39,769 nt of DNA from NCBI RefSeq assembly GCF_006345805.1, contig NW_021835420.1:1-39769 (forward strand), given 5' to 3'. The notes beneath the pieces were generated by a model. That model searched no databases and was not told where the DNA came from. It saw only the letters and a list, made by a program, of their open reading frames with translations. The position numbers were made by a program, and so were the translations under genes. Origin of the DNA: Octopus sinensis (taxonomy: Eukaryota). Shown in pieces: positions 1 through 10,968 of the stretch (position 1 is its first letter; each line of letters starts with the position of its first letter).

Positions 1-299
1 GACATTTCAGAGTTTTCTCTTTGAAACCAAAAGAGTTTTACATTGATGGGATTATAAAGCTTGCAAGTAGATGAAAGGAAGTGATAGATAATCAGGGAAA
101 ATGCATTGATAATTCAATTAATTATAACATTTGATCACTTGTTTTCTTTATTCAAAATTCGGACAGAACTTATGGGATGGCCTGATAGATACTTTCTATA
201 ATATATATGTAAATATGAATACATACATACATACATACATACATACATACATACATACATACATACATTCATATATATATATATATATATATGTATATA

Positions 300-522
300 C
301 TCTCTTTTACTCTTTTACTTGTTTCAGTCATTTGACTGTGGCCATGCTGGAGCACCGCCTTTAGTCGAGCAAATCGACCCCGGTACTTATTCTTTGTAAG
401 CCCAGTACTTATTCTATCGGTCTCTTTTGCCGACCCGCTAAGTGACGGGGACGTAAACACACCAGCATCGGTTGTCAAGCAATGCTAGGGGGACAAACAC
501 AGACACACAAACACACACACAT

Positions 523-561
<39 letters not shown>

Positions 562-681
562 CATATATACGACAGGCTTCTTTCAGTTTCCGTCTACCAA
601 ATCCACTCACAAGGCATTGGTCGACCCGAGACTATAACAGAAGACACTTGCCCAAGGTGCCACGCAGTGGGACTGAACCCA
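300..681 (-). mobile_element. SINE family A (tRNA head + CORE-like domain + microsatellite spacer + 3' module), 5'-truncated at the B box
   Basis: Reverse complement matches other family-A copies (GGGTTCAGTCCC B box, CCTTGGGCAAGTG CORE-like motif, AGTAAAAG-repeat tail). Confidence 0.9.
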
Positions 682-847
682 CTGTATATGTATGTGTATG
701 TGTACATATATGAATATTTTGTACTTGTGTGTGCTTATTTGTGTGTAGCTGCATGCGTTTTAATCCCTTTTCTAAGATACGTTTTGCATTTAGTACGTAT
801 GGACCCTTGTGACCAATAAAAGAAACCATCATCATCATCATCATTAA

Positions 848-913
<66 letters not shown>

Positions 914-1271
914 GTGTGGTTGTTGTTCCATGAAGATATTTTTGTCCTCCCTTCTCTGGTGCACTTTGTAACAAACAAGTTATTAACTCCATCTGGTTCA
1001 ATGCCCAATAAATTGGCGGTAGGAGGGTGGAGGGTCGCGGGAGCAGGGTGGATGGTGCAGGATTGGGATGGAGCAGAGGTGGGGTGCGGGGGATTTCAAA
1101 CGAAATAAACTGTAAACAAATATAACCGAACGAAAAATTAGTAAATATTTCCTTGTTTCCTTTCATCGTTTTCATTTTTTTTAAAATTTCATTTTATTTT
1201 TACATCTATTTATATAATTCTTATTTAACTTGTTTGAATTATTTACCAATTGGCTTTCATCACCGTCATCG

Positions 1272-1303
<32 letters not shown>

Positions 1304-1541
1304 GTCGTCGTCGTCGTTGTCATCGCCGTTGCCGTCACCGTCATCCTCATCCTCTTTCTCCTATCATTCCTCCTCTTCCTCATCCTCATCCTCATCATTG
1401 TCGTCGTCGTTGTCGTCGTCATCGTCATCTTCATTATCATTTTTATCATCAAGAGCAACAACAATCTCCCCTTCACCCTCCTCTTCATTACTACAGATGA
1501 ATGAGTACATATATAACTCGGTAATCAATGAAAGAAAATAT

Positions 1542-1580
<39 letters not shown>

Positions 1581-1585
1581 TATTA

Positions 1586-1618
<33 letters not shown>

Positions 1619-2043
1619 TCCATTGAAGACGTTAGTCTTTGGATAATCATGCACCCATAAACTTCACAATTAAACGCCCGTTTATTTTCCATTCACTACC
1701 CACCCCGACTTCAGCCCGGCTCCACCCAAAGATTTCCTTTAATTGCAGCCAGGCTTTTGTAAGGTCTGCAAATAAAGACCATATTTTCGTTCCTAAATGC
1801 CGAGATCTACAGAAGACTTTACAGGTGAGAGGGGCAGAACGTCTGAGATTTGAAAGAAATTTAGGAAAATGAAAATATTTTTAATGTTAAAAATATTAAA
1901 AAAGACATTTTCAAGTGAGAGAATGGCAATTATTTTAATCAACCAATTAAATGTGTTGGAAATTATATTTAAGATAGAAAGTAAAATGTTTATGCGCCGA
2001 ATTTTGAGAAATATATCGCAAATGAAAGGCGTCAATTGTTTCT

Positions 2044-2642
2044 TCTTTCTTTACTGCCCACAAGGGGCTAAACAGAGAGGGGACAAACAAGGACAGACAA
2101 ACGGATTAAGTCTATTATATCGACGTCAGTGCGTAACTGGTACTTATTTAATCGACCCCGAAAGGATGAAAGGCAAAGTCGACCTCGGCGGAATTTGAAC
2201 TCAGAACGTAGCGGCAGACAAACTACCTATTTCTTTACTACCCACAAGGGGCTAAACACAGAGAGGAAAAACAAGGATAGACGAACGGATTATGTCGATT
2301 ATATCGACGCCAGTGCGTAACTGGTACTTATTTAATCGACCCCGAAAGGATGAAAGGCAAAGTCATCCTCGGCGGAATTTGAACTCAGAACGTAGCGGCA
2401 GACAAAATACCTATTTCTTTACTATCCACAAGGGGCTATACAGAGAGAGGACAAACAAGGACAGACGAACGGAGTAAGTCGATTATCTCGACCCCAGTGC
2501 GTAACTGGTACTTATCTAATCGACCCCGAAAGGATGAAAGGCAAAGTCGATATCGGCAGAATTTGAACCAAGAACGTAACGGCAGACGAAATACCGCTGA
2601 GCATTTCGCCCGGTATGCTTAACGATTCTGCCAGTTCGCCGC
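2044..2642 (-). mobile_element. Head-to-tail trimer of SINE family B1 (three 184-bp units plus one 5' head)
   Basis: Units 2044-2227, 2228-2411 and 2412-2595 align end to end; the head GCGGCGAACTGGCAGAATCG (minus strand) occurs only once, at 2596-2642. Confidence 0.9.
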
Positions 2643-2749
2643 TCCCAAAGAAGAGTGAAACTAATTTTTATTTTAATAATGGATGGATTGTGTGGAAAGC
2701 GTTGCAATTTAGCGGTGCCAGTTATCTTCGAGTGTTGCTGTAGTCTTCC

Positions 2750-2835
2750 TCTCGAACCATGTTTGGCTCATAAGGGCGGGTTTTCCCGGTTTTATTGGCG
2801 TATAGGTTCCCCATCTGGACGGGAGGCCGGTCCGT
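2750..2835 (-). mobile_element. Isolated 3' tail fragment of SINE family D
   Basis: Similar to the TTCCCGGTTTCCTTGGCGTATAGGTTCCCCACCTGGA segment of the copy at 17649-17959. Confidence 0.6.
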
Positions 2836-3162
2836 CTCAATCTTCGCGTGTGGGGTCGATAACTAAGTACCAGCTGAATACTAGAATCGTTGGAATTGAC
2901 TTGCTCCTTCCTCCAAAGAGTTAAAACAAAGTTTATTAATATTTTATTATTTAAACAAAAAATTAGATTTTGAAATTATGAAATGATAAAATGTAGCTTT
3001 TTGTTCATCGTTTATCACTGGTATATTACTGGTACGAATTTCGTTTAGTTGGGACACTTGAAAAATAGAATTGACGTTCGCAGGATTCGAACACAGAATA
3101 AAAATAATAATAATAATAATCCAGTTAATTGCATTAATTACTTTCCATTATGGAGATGCATA

Positions 3163-3377
3163 AGATGGTGAGCTGCCAGAGTCGTTAGCAAGCCGGACAA
3201 AATTGCTTGGTGGCATTTCGTCCGCCTTAACATTCTGAGTTCAAATACACCGAGGTCGGCTTTGCTTTTCATCTTTTCGGGGTCGATAAAACAAGTACCA
3301 CTTGAGAACTAGGGTTAATGTAATTAACTTACCCCCCACCTCCTTGAAATTGGTGGCGTTGTGCCAAAATTTGAAAC

Positions 3378-3379
<2 letters not shown>
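3163..3379 (+). mobile_element. SINE family B2 (older; tail ending GTGCCAAAATTTGAAAC)
   Basis: GAGCTG-CAGA head, GAGTTCAAAT B box, CTTTTCATCTTTTCGGGGTCGATAAAA central motif. Confidence 0.8.
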
Positions 3380-3457
<78 letters not shown>

Positions 3458-3462
3458 AAGAG

Positions 3463-3890
3463 AGACGCGGTTGTGTGGTAAGGAACTTGGTTCCCAACCA
3501 CATGGTTCCCAACCACATGGTTCCCAACCACATGGTTCCGGGTTCATTCCCACTGCGTGGCACCTTGGGCAAATGCTTTCTACTATAGCCTTGGGCCGAC
3601 CAAAGCCTTGTAAGTGGATTTGGTAAACAGAAACTGAAAGAAGCCCGTCGTATATATATATATAGGGCGGCGAGCTGGCAGAAACGTTAGCACGCCGGGC
3701 GAAATGCTTAGCCGTATTTCGTCTGCCGTTAAGTGTTCTGGGTTCAAAATCCGCCGAGGTCGACTTTGCCTTTCATCCTTTCGGGGTCGATAAATTAAGT
3801 ACCAGTTACGCACTGGGGTCGAGTAATCGACTTAATCCTTTGTCTGTCCTTGTTCGTCCCTTCTATGTTTAGCCCCTTGTGGGCAGTAAA

Positions 3891-3936
<46 letters not shown>

Positions 3937-4143
3937 TATTATATTGTATGTGTGTGTGTGTTGTATGTGTGTGTTTTGTCCGCCATCATCGTTTGACAAC
4001 CGGTGTTGGTGTGTCTATGTCCCGTAATTTAGCAGTCGGGAAAAAGATATCGATAGAATAAGTACTAGGCTTACGAAATAAGTGCTGGGGTCGATTTGTT
4101 CGAATAAAATCCTTCAAGGCGGTGCTCCAGTATGGCTGCAGTC
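3463..4143 (+). mobile_element. Older family-A SINE interrupted by a B1 SINE
   Basis: 5' half at 3463-3660 (B box, CCTTGGGCAAA) and 3' half at ~3945-4143 flank a full B1 copy inside the (TA)n spacer. Confidence 0.8.
3666..3894 (+). mobile_element. Full-length SINE family B1, nested in a family-A spacer
   Basis: GGCGGCGAGCTGGCAG head through GCCCCTTGTGGGCAGTAAAGAA tail. Confidence 0.9.
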
Positions 4144-4280
4144 GATAATATTGTTCAAACGCTGCTGGGACATAGGTTAGCAGATATGAAGGATAGAATG
4201 AGACAAGTACAAAGAAAAGAAAAGAAATGAAAAGAAAAAAAATGGATTAAGTGGAGCAGGAGCACACACAAGGACAGAAA

Positions 4281-4326
4281 GTGTTGCTGAAGAGGTCACA
4301 GATGTGTGACGAAAGATTTCCGAACG
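4281..4326 (+). ncRNA. Minimal type-I hammerhead ribozyme motif (Penelope-type), catalytic core intact
   Basis: CTGAAGA (4287-4293), G, perfect 6-bp stem II GTCACA/TGTGAC with GATG loop, GAAA (4311-4314), GAT, TTC triplet; stem I is short or bulged (TGTTG/CGAACG). Confidence 0.6.
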
Positions 4327-4521
4327 ATGGACATGAGTTAGAATAAGAACAGTAATAAACGAGTGAAGAACGAATATATAGTGCGTTTTGGCAAAACAAC
4401 ACCAAAAAAAAAAAAACATATGACCATCCTGAAATTCAACAATATCTGTTTCAATACACGGTTTTACATCAGGAATCTTGCAACACAACTTTATACACAC
4501 ACACACACACACACACATACG

Positions 4522-4566
<45 letters not shown>

Positions 4567-5269
4567 TCGGTCGTCCCATAAATAATGAGGTTTTTTTTTA
4601 ATTGCATGAACTAAAAGACGGAGGGGAACGGGGTAAACTACCTGCATTAACTTGCTATAAAAGCAGGTAATAATTTTACATTGTCCTTATTCTTAGTGTA
4701 AATTTTGAAGAGTGCAGTTCAATTTCAATAGTTATTTTTTCAAAGCTATAGTGGAAGTGACAAAGGAGCATATTCGGTATATTTTGCTTTATGAGGCAAC
4801 AACGCAACGGAAAGTGCGAGGAATATTAATGCAGTATATGGAGATCGGACAATAAACGTAAGCGTGTGTCAACAGTGGTTCCAGAAATTCCGAGCCGGAA
4901 AATACAGCCTAGTAGACGAGCCTCGTCCCCGAAGATCTATAGAGCTTGGCGAGGAGGTTCTGCAAACCTTGGTGGAAAAAAATCCCATCGTAATTGTTGT
5001 GGAACTAGCAGAGAAGCTTGGATTTGGTCATTCAACCATTCACCGACACTTGCGTGCCACCGGAAAAGTTAGCACTTCGGGTCAATGGGTTCTTCACAAA
5101 CTTTCCGAGTCTAATTGCGCGTAGAGAGTGAATGTGTGCTCTTTGCTGTTACATGGACCGAATAGTGACTGGTGTCGAGAAATGGGTTCTCTATAAAAAT
5201 GTCAAACGCCGAAGATAGTAGGTTGAGAAAGGAGAGACACTAGCACCCCAGGCTAAAGCAGGTCTTCAC
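4567..5269 (+). mobile_element. Mariner transposon remnant (5' end plus N-terminal half of transposase, frameshifted with stops)
   Basis: From 4751 translates as VEVTKEHIRYILLYE/NNATESARNINAVYG..CQQWFQKFRAG..DEPR..GQWVLHKL..DRIVTGVEKWVLYKN..KAGLH (HTH, WVPHEL-like linker, first catalytic-Asp region); putative TIR GGTCGTCCCATAAATAATGAGG at ~4569. Confidence 0.9.
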
Positions 5270-5283
5270 ACACGTATACACAC

Positions 5284-5327
<44 letters not shown>

Positions 5328-5329
5328 AC

Positions 5330-5455
5330 CTATGTTTGTCCCCACCATCGCTTGACAACCGATGTTGGTATGTTTAGGTCCCTGTAACTTAGCGGTTCGG
5401 CAAAAAGAACGATAGAATAAGTACCAGGCTTACTAAGAATAACCGAATAAAAGAA
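5330..5455 (+). mobile_element. 3'-half fragment of family-A SINE
   Basis: TTTGTCCCC..CGCTTGACAACCGATG..TTAGCGGTTCGGCAAAA..GATAGAATAAGTAC. Confidence 0.75.
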
Positions 5456-6051
5456 TACATACACACACACGCACGCACACGCATACACATACATATATAT
5501 GTGCAAACAAGTATATAAATGAACATATTTATATATATACATACGCATAAATAGATACATACATACGTATGTATGTATGTATGTATGTATGTATGTATGT
5601 ATGTATGTATGTATGTATGTATGTATGTATGTATGAATGTATGTATGTGTGTATGTATTTGTGTGCGTATATAGAAGCACAGTAGCTTGAAAGCCGTAAA
5701 ATACAATTTTAATAATATCGAATTTTATTACTATATATATATAGATTTTTTTTATTAGTATTAATTATTTTTATTTCAATTTGAGATTCTCTTCAAATGA
5801 GACCTTGAAACACAGACAAAAGGAACAAGAAACATTATTATTAATCGTTGGCTGCCGACAGAATAATGAAAACGGTCAACTTAAAATTAATCGTATTAGA
5901 AAATTACCATCGAACTGTCTTTCGCTGGAGGTTCGTTATATTTTATGTCATGGAAGGCTCAAAGCATATTCAACACAACTCGATTTCAGCAGCGTGTATT
6001 CAGTTAAAACAACAAAATGGTTTTACAGTTCTGTCGTATGTAATATTGGTT

Positions 6052-6252
6052 TCAGATTTTGGAACAAACCAGTAATTTCGGGCTGGGTCGTGTGTGTGTG
6101 TGCGCGGGGGTCAGTCGATGACATCGACCTAAGCGTTCAACTGGCACTTATTTTATTTACCCTGGAAAGGTGAACGGCAAAGACGAACCCGGCAGAATTT
6201 GAACTCAGAAAGTAAAGGCGGACGAAATGCCGTTAAGCATTTTGTCCGGAGC
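6052..6252 (-). mobile_element. Diverged SINE family B2
   Basis: GAATTTGAACTCAGAA (B box, reverse complement) and GACGAAATGCCGTTAAGCATTTTGTCCGG. Confidence 0.7.
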
Positions 6253-6417
6253 AAAAACAAAAGCAAAATCTTTTTCTGAGAGACCTTGCTGCATGAAATC
6301 AAGCCTTTATGCATATCACTCGTGGAAAACTCATCTGAGCCCTGATATAGAGGATACAGAAGCCCATGTACCAAAATATACCATACTGAAGGGAAAGACA
6401 GAAGGGAAAGGAGCCAT

Positions 6418-6703
6418 AGTGATACACTAAACATTTCGGCTGTTTTCGTTACGCTAGCACCTGCCATACAAGCACCAACAATTTGACCTTTTTGAAAATC
6501 CAATAGATCTGTAGTTTTAATGAATTTTAATTACCTTTTCTGATGATATCTGAAAAGAAACAGCAATTTTAGCAAAACACATTAAGCAACACTAATAATA
6601 AATCAAAAAACATAAAAATTAACAAATTTTTGACGGTTTTATAAATATTTCATAATTGTGATGCTATGATGCTAAGTGTTTCCATTATTTTGACCAACCC
6701 CTG
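6418..6703 (-). mobile_element. Tc1-like transposon 5' end (TIR plus start of transposase)
   Basis: Minus strand TA|CAGGGGTTGGTCAAAATAATGGAAACACT terminus (TA at 6704-6705); peptide DFQKGQIVGACMAGASVTKTAEMFSVS is typical of a Tc1 N-terminal paired-like HTH. Confidence 0.8.
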
Positions 6704-6705
6704 TA

Positions 6706-6745
6706 ATAAATAATATATATATATATATATAATATATATATATAT

Positions 6746-6804
<59 letters not shown>

Positions 6805-6834
6805 TACATACATCCAATTTATATATATATCTAC

Positions 6835-6866
<32 letters not shown>

Positions 6867-6921
6867 CATACATACATATATATATATCTACATTATATAT
6901 ATTAATATATATAATATATCA

Positions 6922-6959
<38 letters not shown>

Positions 6960-7048
6960 TCCATACATATATATAATCCTACATATATATTATTATATTA
7001 TATTATATATATATATATATATATGATGTATGTATGTACGTATGTATG

Positions 7049-7080
<32 letters not shown>

Positions 7081-7130
7081 ACTATATATATATATATCTA
7101 TATAATATATATATATGTATGTATGTATGT
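6706..7130. repeat. Degenerate (TA)n/(TACA)n microsatellite
   Basis: Direct reading of the sequence. Confidence 0.95.
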
Positions 7131-7132
7131 TT

Positions 7133-7325
7133 GTGTGTCTATGTTTATCCTCCCACCATCGCTTGACAACCGATGTTGGTGTGTTTACGTCCCCGTAACT
7201 TAGCGGTCCGGCAAAAGAGACCCATAGAATAAGTCCTGGGGTCGATTTGTTCGACTAAAAGCCGGTGCTCCAGCATGGCCGCAGTCAAATGACTGAAACA
7301 AATAAAAGAATAAAAGAATAAAGAG
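7133..7325 (+). mobile_element. 3'-half of older family-A SINE
   Basis: Matches the family-A 3' module and (ATAAAAGA)n tail. Confidence 0.8.
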
Positions 7326-7410
7326 GAAATATACAAACAAACATTTTCCATCTTTTTGTTAATTTTGTTTCCTTTTTGAAAAACAAAAAAATTACTTTAT
7401 GGTTTATAAT

Positions 7411-7812
7411 TACTCTTTTACTTGTTTTAGTCATTTGACTGCGGCCATGCTGGAGCACCGCCTTTAGTCGAGCAAATCGAACCCGGGACTTATTATTTGT
7501 AAGCCCAGTACTTATTCTATCGGTCTCTTTGCCGAACCGCTATGCGACGGGGATGTAAACACACCAGCATCGGTTGTCAATCAATGCTAGGGGGACAAAC
7601 ACAGACACACAAACACACACACACACACATACACATATATACATATATACGACAGGCTTCTTTCAGTTTCCGTCTACCAAATCCACTCACAAGGCATTGG
7701 TCGGCCCGGGGCTATAGCAGAAGACACTCGCCCAAGATGCCACGCAGTGGAACTGAACCCGGAACCATGTGGTTGGTTAGCAAGCTACTTACCACACAGC
7801 CACTCCTGCGCC
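7411..7812 (-). mobile_element. Full-length young family-A SINE
   Basis: Minus-strand head GGCGCAGGAGTGGCTGTGTGG (A box), GGTTCAGTTCC (B box), complete 3' module. Confidence 0.92.
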
Positions 7813-8354
7813 TAATTGTTTATATTTTGAATAACATATATATATATGGGGGGTGGTTACTCATATCTTTTAAGTGCTTCGGGCCTTTATGACAGTTAAT
7901 CCAGCCCCGTGGCAAGATTGCGTTTTGAAAGCAAAGAAGCCATACATTGTTACATCCATTAAGGGAAGAAGGAAGACGTGAAATCCGAGACTGCAGAAGT
8001 CATGCGCTCTGATGCGGAGGAGTCTGGGAAGAGTCTGCGGAGACTGTATTCCAGATTGCTCAATAATAGAAGTCAAAAACGAAAAATCAGAAAATGGCTG
8101 AGGATGGACTCTCGGTGATCGATAAAACATTAGCAGCAGACAAATTCAAACTCTGGTGTTTGCAATTCGCTTTGTACCCCTACACTGCAGTAGCCATTGA
8201 TGTTGTAAGGGGCCCTAAGAAGTCCTAAGAAGTCGCTTCGACACGGGTTGCCATAACTGAACAGAAGTGTATCATCTCTAGGACTCCACGGACCTTTGCA
8301 TGCGCGGTTTTGTACAGGAATGAAGGTCCTTTAGAAATACCAACCCGACCAATA

Positions 8355-8583
8355 TATTTCTTTACTACCCACAAGGGGCTAAACACAGAGGGGACAAACA
8401 AGGACAGACAAAGCGATTAAGTCGATTCCATCGACCCCAGTGCGTAACAGGTACTTAATTTATCGACCCCGAAAGGATGAAAGGCAAAGTCAACCTCGGC
8501 GGAATTTGAACTCAGAGCGTAACGGCAGCCGAAATACGGCTACGCATTTCGCCCGGCGTGCTACCATTTCTGCCAGCTCGCCG
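8355..8583 (-). mobile_element. Full-length B1 SINE with 10-bp TSD
   Basis: CCGACCAATA at 8345-8354 and 8581-8590 (the second copy overlaps the head by 3 nt). Confidence 0.92.
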
Positions 8584-8835
8584 ACCAATAGTTGAGCTGT
8601 ACAAAGGTGGTGAGTTGTGGACGGTGCTAAGCAACACAATTCGAACGATTACGCCATCCTTTCTTGCCCTCCAAAGTCTGGAACTGGAAGAAAATGGATA
8701 ACCTCTGAGGGAACGGAGAAGTTTGTGACGTCCCTAGAATATGGAGATCTAGTGTGACACACTAAAGCCAATAGGGAAGGACTTAAAAACAATAGGTTTA
8801 AACCATACAGTGTCGCGTACATATTTATTAATTTT

Positions 8836-8957
8836 TACAAGAAAAACGTTGACAGTGACTTCGAACTTTCGGTTTACCAGCCGTCATCAGTGAGTTTGAT
8901 GGTAAGCCGAAACTTTGAAGCCGGAACTTCGAAGTTACTATCAACGTTTTGCTTGTA
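8836..8957. repeat. Inverted-repeat element (about 30-bp outer arms, 13-bp inner arms) containing a hammerhead core on the minus strand
   Basis: ACAAGAAAAACGTTGACAGTGACTTCGAA vs TTCGAAGTTACTATCAACGTTTTGCTTGT (3 mismatches); minus strand reads CTGATGA-CGGCTGGTAAACC-GAAA-GTTCGAA-GTC. Confidence 0.65.
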
Positions 8958-8980
8958 GTATATATTGGTACTAGAGCAAA

Positions 8981-9187
8981 GAGCTGGCAGAATCGTTAGC
9001 TGGCAGGAAAAACTACTGAGCGGCATTTTGTCCGTCGCTACGTTCTGAGTTCAAATTCCGCCGAGGTCGACTTTGTCTTTCTTCCTTTCGGGGTCGACAA
9101 AATAAGTACCAGTTGTGTAACGGGGGTCGATGTAATCGACTTATCTTCTCTCCCAGAATTGCTGGCCTTGTGTCAAAATTTCAACCC
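8981..9187 (+). mobile_element. SINE family B2
   Basis: Head, B box, central motif and GCTGGCCTTGTGTCAAAATTT tail. Confidence 0.85.
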
Positions 9188-9295
9188 AATATATAGGGGT
9201 ACTATTAGCAGTTGTGATATTATAGATGGCAGCGTTGGTATTTGTGGTACTATCAGTGGTGGTGGTGGTGGTGGTGGTATTGTTAGTGGTACTAT

Positions 9296-9327
<32 letters not shown>

Positions 9328-9945
9328 GTACCAGTGGCGGTGGTGGTGCTGGTGGTACTAGTGTTAGTAACTGCAGTAATGGTATCCTATCCGTCTTCAG
9401 CTCCACCAAATATTAACAACTCGATGACTCATGACTAACAAATATCTCGACGATTCTTCAACAGTCAACACACACACACACACGCACAGTTGCTTACTTA
9501 TGACTATCTTTCTTTCTCTCCTATTCTCTCCCTCTCTCTCTCTCACTCACTCTTTAGTTTCTTTCTTTCTCTCTCTCTCTCTCTTTGTCTTTCTTTCCTT
9601 GTCTTTATTGTTTTATTGATTCCTTTTTTAAATGAGAACTGTTAGAAACATTGTACATGAATTCATTTTAACATTCACAATAGGGAGAGATGGTGGCGGC
9701 GGCAGCGGCGGCGGCGGCGGCTTTGGTGATAGTAGTGGTGACGATGATAATGATGATAATAATGATAGTGGTTGTTGCAGTGGTGGTTGAGGTGGTTGTC
9801 ATGATGGTGTTGACAGTAGTTGTGAAGGTGATGGTGGTGGTGATGGTGGGTGTGAGAGATACGGCAGTGGGGATTGTGTTGACAGTGACAGTGTGCTGTC
9901 GTTGTTGCTGTTGTTGTTGTTGTTGGTGGTGGTGGTGTTGGTAAA

Positions 9946-10172
9946 GGCGGCGAGCTGGCAGAAACGTTAGCACGCCGGGCGAAATGCTTAGCCGTATTTC
10001 GTCTGCCGTTACGTTCTGAGTTCAAATTCCGCCGAGGTCGACTTTGCCTTTCATTCTTTCGGGGTCGGTTAAATAAGTACCAGTTACGCACTGGGGTCGA
10101 TATAATCGACTTAATCTGTTTGTCTGTCCTCTCTGTGTTTAGCCCCTTGTGTGTAGTAAAGAAATAGGTATT
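9946..10172 (+). mobile_element. SINE family B1 within a (GTT/GGT)n tract
   Basis: Near-identical to the 3666-3894 copy, with a small deletion in the tail. Confidence 0.9.
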
Positions 10173-10706
10173 GGCGATGTGTTAGTAGTGGTGGTGGTGA
10201 TATGGAAAGTGATGGCTGTTGAGGCGGTGTAAGATGGTGTTGGTGGTGGCCGTGTGTGTCGGTGATGAGAGTTAATAGTTAACTGTGATAGTAGTAGATG
10301 TTCTTGTTGTTGCAGTTGTTGTTGTTTGCCTCCAAATTAACCCTGGTCGAGTAGACCTCCGATCCAAGCCAACGCTACAAGATAAGGTTCCGATACAGTT
10401 TACCTTTGTCATCTTCAGGAAACGAACCTGCCATCACAGTCTTACAGTCGTACAATGGCTCAATTCGGAAAGGTCCTGACAGACGTCTACAAGGAGCGTC
10501 ACTTCAATATGACTATCCCCGTTAAAACTTATTTTTTTATATATATTTTTAGTTTTCTTGAGCCCTTCAGTCATAAGATCAGTTGCCCCTATCCATGGTG
10601 TCTAACTGACCGAAAAGGTGACATCCGCCTCCCACCTCCACCCCGAATGGGAAGTTGGTCCGTTGCAGGGTCTAAAGCCTAAAGTTTTGAGAGGAGGAGG
10701 AGGAGG

Positions 10707-10880
10707 TAAGTCGATTACATCGACCCCAGGATTTGACTTAATACGTCTTTTTAATTATATCCGATGGGAAGAAAGACAAAGTTTCCCTCGACAGGTTTTG
10801 AAATCAGAAAATGAAGATTCGGAAGAAATGCCACTAAGCATTTCGTCCAACATGCTAATGATTCTTCTATCTTGCCGCCT
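10707..10880 (-). mobile_element. Old diverged family-B SINE
   Basis: AAGTCGATTACATCGACCCC and GAAATGCCACTAAGCATTTCGTCC motifs. Confidence 0.6.
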
Positions 10881-10968
10881 TTCCTCCACCGACCTAACGC
10901 TAGCTAATTGCCTAAATATTACGTAAGCACCATTCTTATAAGAATCCAGATAAGGAGATATTATATGT

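Noticed and set aside
2044-2642. Possible CRISPR array or satellite with spacers
   Set aside because: The units are 184-bp whole-length repeats of a SINE with no unique spacers, in a eukaryotic context.
5781-6173. 130-aa ORF of moderate complexity
   Set aside because: Non-ATG start, runs into a SINE, and has no recognisable motif.
6540-6570. CTGATGA..GAAA inside the Tc1 leader
   Set aside because: No stem II or stem I pairing; a chance match.
10385-10432. Hammerhead-like words on the minus strand (CTGAAGA-T-GACAAAGGT-AAAC-TGTA)
   Set aside because: The GAAA box is incomplete and stem I is out of register; it would need several assumed mutations.
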